Source of the DNA: Mobula hypostoma
Taxonomy: Eukaryota
Assembly: GCF_963921235.1 (NCBI RefSeq)
Contig: NC_086097.1
Coordinates: 31,002,001 to 31,066,000 of the forward strand
Reading direction: 5' to 3'
Length of the DNA stretch: 64,000 bases
A program made the position numbers and the translations under genes. Under the pieces are notes generated by a model, which had not been told where the DNA came from, made no database searches, and saw only the letters and a list, made by a program, of their open reading frames with translations. Every line of letters starts with the position of its first letter. Positions within the stretch are counted from its first letter, which is position 1. Of the stretch, positions 1 to 11,074 are shown in pieces.

Positions 1-3000
1 TCACATCACTGACCCAGTGCCGACTCACATCACCGACCCAGTGCCGACTCACATCACTGACCCAGTGCCGACTCACATCACTGACCCAGTGCCGACTCAC
101 ATCACTGACCCAGTGCCGACTCACATCACTGACCCAGTGCAGACTCACATCACTGACCCAGTGCCGACTCACATCACCGACCCAGTGCCGACTCACATCA
201 CTGACCCAGTGCCGACTCACATCACTGACCCAGTGCCGACTAACATCACCGACCCAGTGCCGACTCACATCACCGACCCAGTGCAGACTCGCATCACTGA
301 CCTAGTGCCGACTCACGTCACTGACCCAGTGCCGACTCACGTCACTGACCCAGTGCCGACTCACGTCACTGACCCAGTGCCGACTCACATCACTGACCCA
401 GTGTCCACTCACATCACTGACCCAGTGTCCACTCACATCACTGACCCAGTGCCGACTGACATCACGGATCCAGTGCCGACGGCCGCATCACCGACCCAGT
501 GCAGACCCGCATCACCGACACAGTGCCGATTCACATCACTGATCCAGTGCCGACTACTGCATCACTGACACAGTGCAGACACTCATCACTGACCCAGTGC
601 CCACTGCTGCATCACCGACCCAGTGCCAACTGCTGCATCACCGACCCAGTGCCGACTCACACCACTGACCCAGTGCTGACTGCTGCATCACCGACCTAGT
701 GCAGACCCGCATCACTGACCTAGTGCCAACTCACATCACTGACCCAGTGACGACTGCTGCATCACCGACCCAGTGCCGAATCACATCACTGACCCAGTGC
801 CGACTCTCATCACTGACCCAGTGCCGACTCACATCACTGACCCAGTGCCGACTGCTGCATCACCGACCCAGTGCCGACTGCTGCATCACCTACCCAGTGC
901 CGACTGCTGCATCACCGACCCAGTGCCGACTCACATCACCGACCCAGTGCCGACTCACATCACTGACCCAGTGCCGACTCACATCACTGATCCAGTGCCG
1001 ACTCTCATCACTGACTCAGTGCCGACTCACATCACTGACCCAGTGCCGACTCACATCACTGATCCAGTGACGACTGCTGCATCACTGACCCAGTGCAGAC
1101 CCTCATCACTGACCCAGTGCCCACCGCTGCATCACCGACCCAGTACCGACTCACATCACCGACCCAGTGCTGACTCTCATCACTGACCCAGTGCCGACTG
1201 CTGCATCACTGACCCAGTGCAAACCCTCATCACTGTCCCAGTGCCCACTGCTGCATCACCGACCCAGTGCAGACCCTCATCACTGACCCAGTGCCCACCG
1301 CTGCATCACCGACCCAGTACCGACTCACATCACCGACCCAGTGCCGACTCTCATCACTGACCCAGTGCCGACTGCTGCATCACTGACCCAGTGCCCACTG
1401 CTGCATCACCGACCCAGTGCAGACCCTCATCACTGACCCAGTGCCCACCGCTGCATCACCGACCCAGTACCGACTCACATCACCGACCCAGTGCCGACTC
1501 TCATCACTGACCCAGTGCCGACTGCTGCATCACTGACCCAGTGCCCACTGCTGCATCACCGACCCAGTGCAGACCCTCATCACTGACCCAGTGCCCACCG
1601 CTGCATCACCGACCCAGTACCGACTCACATCACCGACCCAGTGCCGACTCTCATCACTGACCCAGTGCTGACTGCTGCATCACTGACCCAGTGCAGACCC
1701 TCATCACTGTCCCAGTGCCCACTGCTGCATCACTGACCCAGTGCCGACTCACATCACTGACCCAGTGCCGACTCACATCACTGACCCAGTGACGACTGCT
1801 GCATCACCGACCCAGTGCCGACTTTCATCACTGACCCAGTGCCAACTCACATCACTGACCCACTGCCGACTCACATAACTGATCCAGTGCCGACTCACAT
1901 CACTGACCCAGTGCCGACTGCTGCATCACTGACCCAGTGCAAACCCTCATCACTGTCCCAGTGCCCACTGCTGCATCACCGACCCAGTGCAGACCCTCAT
2001 CACTGACCCAGTGCCCACCGCTGCATCACCGACCCAGTACCGACTCACATCACCGACCCAGTGCCGACTCTCATCACTGACCCAGTGCCGACTGCTGCAT
2101 CACTGACCCAGTGCCCACTGCTGCATCACCGACCCAGTGCAGACCCTCATCACTGACCCAGTGCCCACCGCTGCATCACCGACCCAGTACCGACTCACAT
2201 CACCGACCCAGTGCCGACTCTCATCACTGACCCAGTGCCGACTGCTGCATCACTGACCCAGTGCAGACCCTCATCACTGACCCAGTGCCCACCGCTGCAT
2301 CACCGACCCAGTACCGACTCACATCACCGACCCAGTGCCGACTCTCATCACTGACCCAGTGCTGACTGCTGCATCACTGACCCAGTGCAGACCCTCATCA
2401 CTGTCCCAGTGCCCACTGCTGCATCACTGACCCAGTGCCGACTCACATCACTGACCCAGTGCCGACTCACATCACTGACCCAGTGACGACTGCTGCATCA
2501 CCGACCCAGTGCCGACTTTCATCACTGACCCAGTGCCGACTCACATCACTGACCCACTGCCGACTGCTGCATCACCGATCCAGTGCCGACTCACAGCACT
2601 GACCCAGTGCCGACTAACATCACTGACCCAGTGCCGACAGCTGCATCAGCAACCCAGTGCCGACTCACATCACTGACCCAGTGCCGTCCAACATCACGGA
2701 TCCAGTGCCGACCGCTGAATCACCGTTCCAGTGCCGACTCACATCACTGATGCAGTGCCGACTGCTGCATCACTGACCCAGTGCAGACCCACACCACTGA
2801 CCCAGTGCCGACTTGCATCAGTGACCCAGTGCCGACTCACATCACTGACCCAGTGCTGACTCACATCACCGACCCAGTGCTGACTCACATCACTGACCCA
2901 GTGCCGACTTGCATCAGTGACCCAGTGCAGACCCGCATCACTGACCCAGTGCCGACTTGCATCAGTGACCTAGTGCCGACTGACATCACTGACCCAGTGC

Positions 3001-3665
3001 TGACTCACATCACTGACCCAGTGCCGACTCACATCACCAACCCAGTGCTGACTCACATCACTGACCCAGTGCAGACCCACATCACTGACCCAGTGCCAAC
3101 TCACATCACTGACCCAGTGCTGACTCACATCACTGACCCAGTGCAGACTCACATCACTGACCCAGTGCTGACTCACATCACCGACCCAGTGCCTACTCAC
3201 ATCACTGACCCAGTGCTGACTCACATCACTGACCCAGTGCAGACCCGCATCACTGACCCAGTGCCGACTCGCATTACTGACCTAGTGCCAACGGCTGCAT
3301 CACTGACCCAGTGCCGACTGCTGCATCACCAACACAGTGCAGACCCACCCCACTGAACCAGCGCAGACCCTCATCACTGACCCAGTGCAGATCCCATATC
3401 ACTGATCCAGTGCCAACTGCTGCATCACCGATCCAGTGCAGACCCACATCACTGATCCAGTGCCAACTGCTGCATCGCTGACCCAGTGCAGACCCACATC
3501 ACTGACCCAGTGCCAACTGCTGCATCACTGACCCAGTGCAGACCCACATCACTGATCCAGTGCCAACTGCTGCATCACTGACCCAGTGCAGACCCACATC
3601 ACTGACTCAGTGTAGACCCACATCACTGATGCAGTGCAGACTCACATCACTGACCCAGTGCAGAC
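1..3665. repeat. Minisatellite of 24-bp (GCCGACTCACATCACTGACCCAGT) and 26-bp (GCCGACTGCTGCATCACTGACCCAGT) monomers, roughly 150 units, running off the window start
   Basis: Tandem monomers read directly. The 24-bp unit translates as PTHITDPV; the 26-bp units shift the frame. Confidence 0.97.
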
Positions 3666-3880
3666 TGTCACTCAACACTGAATCAGCATGAGCCAACGTT
3701 CTCAGAATTGAAAAGCGAGATTAAGGAAACCACATTACCTCTCTGGTCGCCTGTTTCTTTGGAGGAACAGAAGAAATCAGTGGTCGAAGCCTGAAACAGA
3801 AAGGATGACCATAAATTAGGGATGTCTGGGTATCTACACAGATTTAACAAACAGTGAAATCCATCATTCGTATTAACAAT

Positions 3881-3907
3881 CACACACACACACACACACA
3901 CACACAC
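3881..3907. repeat. (CA)13 microsatellite
   Basis: Direct reading. Confidence 0.95.
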
Positions 3908-4295
3908 GCCTCCAACCCCAGGAAAGGCCGCCTTTGGGCCTTTGATCTCCAGACCGAATGCAGTGACTGCAGTACAAAGACACCATGGACTGGCTTCAAG
4001 TACACAGACAGACCTCTAAACAGGCATTATTTTCAGGGTGGCACTAAAGCACAGGTAGGCAGTGCATCTGCCTCTCCACAGCAACCCAGGTTCAGTCCCG
4101 ATCCAAGGTGCTGCCTGTGTGGAACTCTCCATGTTCGCTTCTACTGGGTATTTTAGTTTCTGTCCATACCCCAAAGAAAACATGGGTAATTTACTGGTGA
4201 CTGTAAATCACCCTTGGTGTAAATTGATGACATAAAGAATTATGGGCACGTTGTAGTGAGAATAAGTTCTAGAAACAAGGGAAATAAACAGTGAG

Positions 4296-4600
4296 GCATA
4301 GAGTTATAGTTATTCAGCCCAGCTGATCCATGCCAACCAAGCTGCCTACTTGACCTCGTCCCTTTTTGCCTGCGTTTGGCCCATATCCTTCTAAATCTTT
4401 CCTATCTATGTGTCTGCCCAATAGTACTCATCTCTACCACTTCCTCTGGCAGCTCGTTCCACATACCCACCATTCTTTATGTGAAAAACTTTCTCCTTAA
4501 AAATTTTCCCCTCCTTTTAAACCTATATCCTTTACTTTCAGACTCTGCACTGTGGGAAAAGACTGTGACTGTCCACCTTGTCTGTGCCCCTCATGGTATT
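4296..4600 (-). mobile_element. Decayed CR1-type LINE 3' fragment
   Basis: Reverse-complement similarity to the CR1 3' ends at 30600-30830 and 52900-53230. Confidence 0.6.
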
Positions 4601-4607
4601 AAAAACC

Positions 4608-5160
4608 TACACTCAGAGAACACTCACTCTGTTTGGTGTACCTGTACACCTGTTCACTCACACAAATATCTAATCAGCCAATCATGTGGCAGCAACTCAA
4701 TGCATAAAAACATGCAGACATGGTTAAGGGGCTCATTTGTCGTTCAGACCAAACGTCAGAATGGGAAAGAAATGTGGTCTAAGTGACTTTGACCGTGGAG
4801 TGATTGTTGGTGCCAGATGGGGTGGTTTGAGTATCTCAGGAACTGCTGAACTGCTGGGATTTTCACACATAACAGTGTCTAGGGCTTACAGTTAATGGTG
4901 TGGAAAAACAAAAGAAAATCCAGTGAGTAGCAGTTCTGTAGGCAAATATGCCTTGTTAATGAGTGAGGTTAGAGAATGGCCAGACTGGTTCAAGCTGACA
5001 GCAAGGAGACAGTTACACAAACAACCACGTGTTACAACAATGTTGTGCAAAAGAGCATTTCTGAATGTACAATGCTTTGAACCCTGAAGTGGATGGGCTA
5101 CAGCAGCAGAAGACCATGAACATACACTCAAGTGTCACTTTTGTTAGGTATCTCCTGTAG
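4608..5160 (+). mobile_element. Non-autonomous Tc1/mariner derivative retaining the transposase N-terminus
   Basis: ATG at 4761 reads MGKKCGLSDFDRGVIVGARWGGLSISGTAELLGFSHITVSRAY*, then a broken frame ending ...LKWMGYSSRRP, the Tc1 paired-like HTH region. It starts at TACACTCAG and has no DDE domain. Confidence 0.85.
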
Positions 5161-5835
5161 CTAGGAAGGATATGGAAGGTTTAGAGAGGGTGCAGAGGAG
5201 ATTTATCAGGATGCTGCCTGGATTAGAGTATCTTTTATGAGGATAGGTTGAGAGAGCTAGGGCTTTTCTCTTTGGAGCGAAGTAGGATGAGAGGTGACTT
5301 GATAGAGACGTATCAGATAAGAAGGAGCATAGCCAGTGGAAATAGGTAATATGAGGGGGCATAACTGAAAACCTGTGTTCATGAACTGGCTGGAGCCTTC
5401 ACTGATCTCCTTAACCTCTTGCTTCGGCAGTCTGACGTACCTGCCTGCTTCAATCATACTGGTACCCACGAAGTACATGGTATCCTGCCTCAATGACTAT
5501 CAACCAGCAGCACTTACATCCACTGTGATGTACTGCTTTGAGAGGTTGCTGATGAAACATACCAACTCCTGCTTGATGAGCGACTTTCAACTTTCCTACC
5601 TTTGTGTGTAGTTCTCATTGATTCTGTTGTGATATTTTGTAATGTGAATGCCCATAAGAAAATTAATCATAGGGTTGTCTATGGTGCCATTTACAGTATG
5701 TGCATATGTTTGACAAATTTACTTTGAACTTTAAGGTGACCGGAGGGAAGTATAGGGAGGACGTCAGAGGAAAGTATTTTTTACATAGAGTGGTAGGTAT
5801 CTGCAACGCTTTGCCAGGGTGGTGGTAGAGGTAAG
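5161..5835 (+). mobile_element. CR1 ORF2 3' fragment interrupted by a Rex1/Babar-derived insert (~5366-5730)
   Basis: Reads RKDMEGLERVQRRFIRMLPGLE. CR1 sequence GGGGCATAACT resumes as TTAAGGTG after the insert. The insert has a CLNDYQPAALTS RT piece and a TTTACTTTGAACT tail. Confidence 0.75.
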
Positions 5836-6099
5836 AGCTTTGTTTATTTTTGTTTTAATTATGCTTTCTTGTAAAAATAGTGTATAAATTACGTTTACCT
5901 TGTGAATGTTGCTTATCTGATTCTATGTACCTGTGATACTGCTGTAATTAAGTTTTTCATTGCATACATATACTTTAGCAGATGAAATAAACCTGACTTT
6001 GACCTTGTCTTTAACCAAAGTCAGGAAATCTCAGCATCAGTCACTACACAGATAAAACAGAGCGTCTGAATGAGTCTCAGTGGGTCATCCTGTCTGTCT

Positions 6100-6925
6100 C
6101 AAGATTCAAAGATTAGATTTCTTAATCTAATCAAAACATACAGTGAAATGCATCAATGACCAACACACTCCGAGGATGTGCTGGGGGCAGCCTGCAAGTG
6201 TCACCACACACTCCAGTGTCAACATAACATACTCACAATGTTCAGCGAATGCACAAGAAAGACGAAAGAATAGCAAAACAAACCCTTTCCTACACCCCCC
6301 CCCCACCAGGTCAGGATACACTATTGATCTCAGGCCCAACTCCAGGATAAGCTGTCTTCAGGCCTCCGACCTCCAGACCCTGGTCATGGACGCACCAACC
6401 TTGGACCTCACAGGAGAGACTAAAACGGAGACGTTTTTGGTTCAAAGTTCAAAGTAAACGTATTTTATTTACTCAGAGAGACAATGCGGACAGTCCCTTG
6501 CCGTCCATCTACTTAACCTGAGTCTAGTCACAGGACAATTAACAATGGCCAATTAACCTTCTAATTGGTACTTCTCTGGACTATGGGAGGAAAGGAGGAT
6601 ACCGGAGCACCCGGAGGAAACTCCCACACTCAGAGGAATAATGTATAAACTTCTTACAGAGGATGCTGAAATTGAACTCTGAACTCCAACACTTGAGCTG
6701 TAATAGTGTTGTGCTAACCACTAAGTTACCGTGGCGCCCTAGAAAATACAACATGCCCACAACTTACTTACCTTACCCCTTATGTGGGGGGAAACCAGAG
6801 CACCCGGAGAAAGCCTATGTGGTCACAGGGAGAACATACAAACTCCTTACGGACAGCAGTGGGAATTGAACCCCATCTTCTGATCACTGGTGCTGTAAAC
6901 CTTTGCACTAACCACTACACTAACA
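6100..6925 (-). mobile_element. Cluster of V-SINE fragments (about 6100-6240, 6530-6737, 6770-6925)
   Basis: Antisense V-domain (ACCGGAGCACCCGGAGGAAAC) and antisense tRNA-like B-box (GGGAATTGAACCC). Confidence 0.7.
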
Positions 6926-6926
6926 C

Positions 6927-7720
6927 TATCAAAGTACACAATGTGTATGTTACCATATACTACCTAGAGATCCATTTTCTTGCAGGCATTTACAGGAAAA
7001 TAAAGAAATACAATAGAATTTATGAAAAATCATACATAAACAAAGACTGACAACCAATATGCAAAAGACACACTGTTAAAAAAAATACCAAGAACATAAG
7101 TTGTAAAGAGTCGTTGAAAGTGAGTCTATAATCAGTTCAGAGTTGAGGTAATTGAAGTTATCCACGCCAGTTGAGGAGCCCAATGATTGTAGAGTAATAA
7201 TTGTTCCCGAACCTGGTTTGCATAGAACTTAACAGCACAGTACAGACCCTTCAGTCCACAATGTTATGCCAATTCTTTCACCTACTCCAACATCAAATTA
7301 ACTCTTTCCTCCCACATAGCCCTCCAACTTCTTTTTTCATCCCTGTGCCTATCCAAAAGTCTCTTAAATCCCCCTAAAGCATCTGCCTCCACCACCACCA
7401 CTTGCAGTGCGTTCCATACACCCACCACTCTTTGCGTAAAGAACCTACCTCTGGCAACTCCCCTACACATTCGTCCAATCATCTTAAAATTATGCCCCCG
7501 TGAATTAGCTATTTCTGTCCTGAGAAAAAGGCACTGGCTGCAGCATAATAACTGTTTCTGAACCTGGCGGTGTGGGATATAATGCTCCTGCAGCTTTCTC
7601 GATGCAGCAGTAAGGAGAGAGCATGGCCTGGATGAGGGGCTTCTTGAGGATAGATACCGCTTTCTTGTAGCAACGCTCCTTGTTGATGTGCTTAATAGTG
7701 GGGAGGGTGAGAGTGGCAAA
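6927..7720 (-). mobile_element. Rex1/Babar-type 3' fragment with a nested CR1 3' fragment (~7222-7540)
   Basis: The minus ORF 7282-7719 fuses a Rex-like piece with the CR1 motif RGHNFKMIG...RFFTQRVVGVWNAL. Confidence 0.65.
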
Positions 7721-7839
7721 GAACTACAGAGTAAAGATAAAGCAAGACCAACTCTGATGGATCAGTCATGTCATCCAGGTGGCTTACTCACATCAACTCG
7801 AACAGATCCTTTACTCCCAGTTCAAAGATAACAACAAAA

Positions 7840-8105
7840 TTCAGCACTCCATCTAAAAACTGGGACAATGCACTCAATAGACCTACCTGGAGGAAATTTG
7901 TTCATGAGGAAGCTGCACTACATGAGAGTGATTTCCGTTGTGCTGCAGAGAACAACCAAAAGACCCAACTACCAACCACAAACACCACTTACTCTTGCCC
8001 ACACTACAGCAGAGTACGTGGATTGCAGATCGGCTTCTACAGCCACCTGAGGACCCACCAATAGACATCTCCTTAGGAGAACATCATACTCCACTTGAGT
8101 GATCG
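7840..8105 (+). mobile_element. RTE-clade LINE C-terminal fragment
   Basis: WDNALNRPTWRKFVHEEA...YSCPHYSRVRGLQIGFYSHLRTHQ* matches the RTE C-terminal pattern W..A.DR..WR...CP.C.R....IGL.SH.RTH. Confidence 0.75.
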
Positions 8106-8527
8106 CATCACTATCCAGAGCAGATGACCCCAAGGGATAGGTGCTCCTAATGAACTCAGTTAAGAAGTGATCCGTGCTGCTCTGAGGAAGGCCAGTACAG
8201 GCTGGCACACCAGCTGACACAGACTGAGTGATAACATCACTTCAGTTTCCCTGCAACTGCAGCTCTCAGCTATAATTAATTTCAAGGCTACAGAAAAAGC
8301 CTGGAGAAGATGATTTCACTGTTGGGATGCTCAGCACTTTGCTCTTTCTGACTTCAATAGGAATTGATTTCTCTGGAAGTAGAAATAGTTCTGTCAATTG
8401 TTTCTCTCCGGACTGCTCCATATCCCTAGGAATACACAACAGTCCATACTCATGCAGCTTAGCTGAGGGCTTTACTTGTGGTGATATTTGGTGGGACCAT
8501 ATATAGCAAGCCTAACATCTTCCCAGG

Positions 8528-8657
8528 GACCGTGTGATGGGACATTGCAGACTGAGCTTTGCTCTGTGTCTAACCCTGAGAGTGTTGTGATGGGGCTGTG
8601 TCAAGGGAGTTTCACTCTGTGTCTGATCCTAGGAGTGTATGATGGGACAGTGTAGGA
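8528..8657. repeat. About 2.5 degenerate copies of a ~53-bp unit (GTGTGATGGGACA...CTCTGTGTCTAACCCT)
   Basis: TGATGGG recurs at about 8535, 8588 and 8640 with similar flanks. Confidence 0.7.
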
Positions 8658-8699
8658 AACAAGCCTCCGCTCCATGGACTCTGTCTAAATTTCTCAGAC

Positions 8700-9925
8700 A
8701 CAATTTTAATGGCTCTTCACATGACCTCAGATCACCTGGACAATACAAACACCTATGTCAGGATACTGTTCATTGATTATAGCTTGGCATTTAACAGCAT
8801 CATTCCTATAGGCCTGATTAATATGCTACAGAGCCTTGGCCTCTGTACCTCCCTTTACAATTATATCCTCAACTTCCAAATGGGAAGACCACAATCTATG
8901 TGGATTGGTATTAATATCTCCTCCGTGCTGACAATCAACACTGGTGCACCTCAGGGATGTGTGCTTAGCCCAGTGCTCTACTCTATCTATACCCATGTCT
9001 GTGAGGCAAGGCACAGTTCAAATACCATCTATAAATTTGCTAATGACACACCATTGTTGGCAGAATCTCAGATGGAGATGGAGGGTGTACAGGAGTGAGA
9101 TATACCAGTTAGTTGAGTGTTGTCTCATCAACAGCCTTACACTCAATGTCAGTAAGATCAAAGAGCTGATTGTGGACTTCAAAAAGGATAGGACGTGGGA
9201 ACAAAAAACAATCCTCAGAGAGAGATCAGAAGTGGAGAGAATGATCAATTTCAAATTCCTGGGTGTCAAGACCTCTGAGGATCTAACCTGATCCCAATAT
9301 ATCGAGGCAGCTATAAAGAAGGCAAGACAGCAGCTATGTTTCATTAGGAGTTTCAGGAGATGTGGTTTGTCACCTAAAATACTCAAAAACTTCTACAGAT
9401 GTACTGCAGGGAGCATTCTGACAGGCTGTATCATTGTCTGGTATGGTGCGGGTTGGGGGGTAGGGAGGGGACTGCTGTGCAGGATCGAAAGAGGCTACAG
9501 AAAGTTGTAAATTTAGTCAGCTATATCTTGGGTATTAGCCTCCATAGTATCCAAGGAAATCTTCAAGGACTTGTGCCTCAGGTCCATCATTAAGGACCCC
9601 ATCACCTAGGACATGCCCTCTTCTCACTGTTACCATCAGGAAGGAGGTACAGATGCCTAAAGACACACACTCAGTAATTCAGGAACAGTTTTTTCCCCTC
9701 TGCCATACGATTCCTAAATGGGCATTGAACTCATGAACTCCATCTCACTTTTATTATTTCTGTATTTGCACTATTTTTAATTTAACTACTTAATATACAT
9801 ACATATACTTAGTGTAATTGATTTAACTATTTTTCCCTCTATTATCATGCATTACATCATATCGCTGCCTCTAAGTTAACAAATTTCATGACATGTGCTG
9901 GTGACATTAAACCTTATTCTGATTT
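8700..9925 (+). mobile_element. 5'-truncated Rex1/Babar LINE (RT to 3' tail), decayed
   Basis: [54 protein letters not shown]; ends in a ...CTGATT tail. Confidence 0.9.
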
Positions 9926-10008
9926 CCCACTGCCTTGATAAAGCAACTAACATAATCTATGGCCTCCATCCACGCTGGAATTCTCTCTTCCATCCTCTCT
10001 CATTAAGC

Positions 10009-10520
10009 CAGGGGTCCCCAACCTTTTTAGCACTGCGGACCGGTTTAATAGTGGCAATATTCTTGCGGACCAGCCGACGGGGTGGGGGGAGTGGGTTTGC
10101 CAACTTTCTCACTCCCAAATAAGGGACAAAAGTAGCAGTCAAATACGGGACACTTGTGTTTACCCCAAGAAAGACTACTATGACCACGAAGCCTTGCGCG
10201 GGCACCTGTGTGCGTATGTGTGTACATGCCGATTTTTTTTCTACAAATCGGTTTTGGCTTAATCTTCCCGATTCTGTTAAGTGAAACTACACTGTACATA
10301 CATTATTTCTACTTAATATAGGCTGTGTATTTATCATATAATTCCTGCTTTTACTATATGTTAGTGTTATTTGGTAAGATTTGGTAGGTTATTTCAAGTT
10401 CAACAGTGCATAACAGGGAATGAGGAAAGGTGTAGCTGACTCATTTGTTTCATATTGCCAAATCATATCATTTCCTCGCGGCCCGGTACCAGTCCACGGC
10501 CCAGCCATTGGGGACCACTG
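10009..10520. mobile_element. hAT (Charlie-like) MITE, 512 bp
   Basis: TIRs CAGGGGTCCCCAA / TTGGGGACCACTG; 8-bp TSD CATTAAGC (10001-10008) / CATTAAAC (10521-10528). It interrupts a Rex-type 3' fragment. Confidence 0.92.
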
Positions 10521-10837
10521 CATTAAACAGAAGATACAAAAGTCTGAAACCAAGTACCACCAGGTTCAAGGACACCTTCTATTCTGCTGTTATAAGATTA
10601 CTGAACAGTTAACTAATATGATAAGATGGACCCTTGACCTCACAATCTACCTTGTTATGACCTTGCACAATAAAGTCTGCCAGAACTGCACTTTCTCTGT
10701 AACTGTAACAATATATTCTGCACTCTGTTATTGTTTTCCCCTGTACTACCTCAATGCACTGTGTCATAAACTCAATTGTATGATTGATAAGTTTTTCAAT
10801 GTACGTATACACATACACTAGTGTACAGTATAGTGTA

Positions 10838-11072
10838 TCAGTTGTTGTTCAGACCAAATATCAGAATGGGGAAGAAATATAATCCAGTTGACTTTGACCA
10901 CGAAATGATTGCTGGTGCCAGATGGGGTGGTTTGAGCATCTCAGAAACTATTGATTTCCTGGGATTTTCTCGCATAACAGTCAACAGTCTGCAGAGTTAA
11001 CAGAGAGTGGTGTGAAAAACAAAAATAAACATCCAGTGAGTGGCAGTTCTGTGGGCAAAAATGCCTTGTCAA
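10838..11072 (+). mobile_element. Second Tc1-derivative fragment, cut by the adjacent CR1
   Basis: Homologous to 4735-4960 (TTCAGACCAAA..CAGAATGGG...TGCCTTGT). Confidence 0.85.
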
Positions 11073-11074
11073 TT

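Noticed and set aside
17..3356. Mucin-like (PTHITDPV)n ORFs as a protein-coding gene
   Set aside because: Interspersed 26-bp monomers shift the frame repeatedly, the starts are GTG within the repeat, and no signal peptide or splice context is evident. The open stretches are runs of a stop-free 24-mer.
1..3665. CRISPR-like array
   Set aside because: Monomers are contiguous with no unique spacers, there are no cas genes, and the context is vertebrate.
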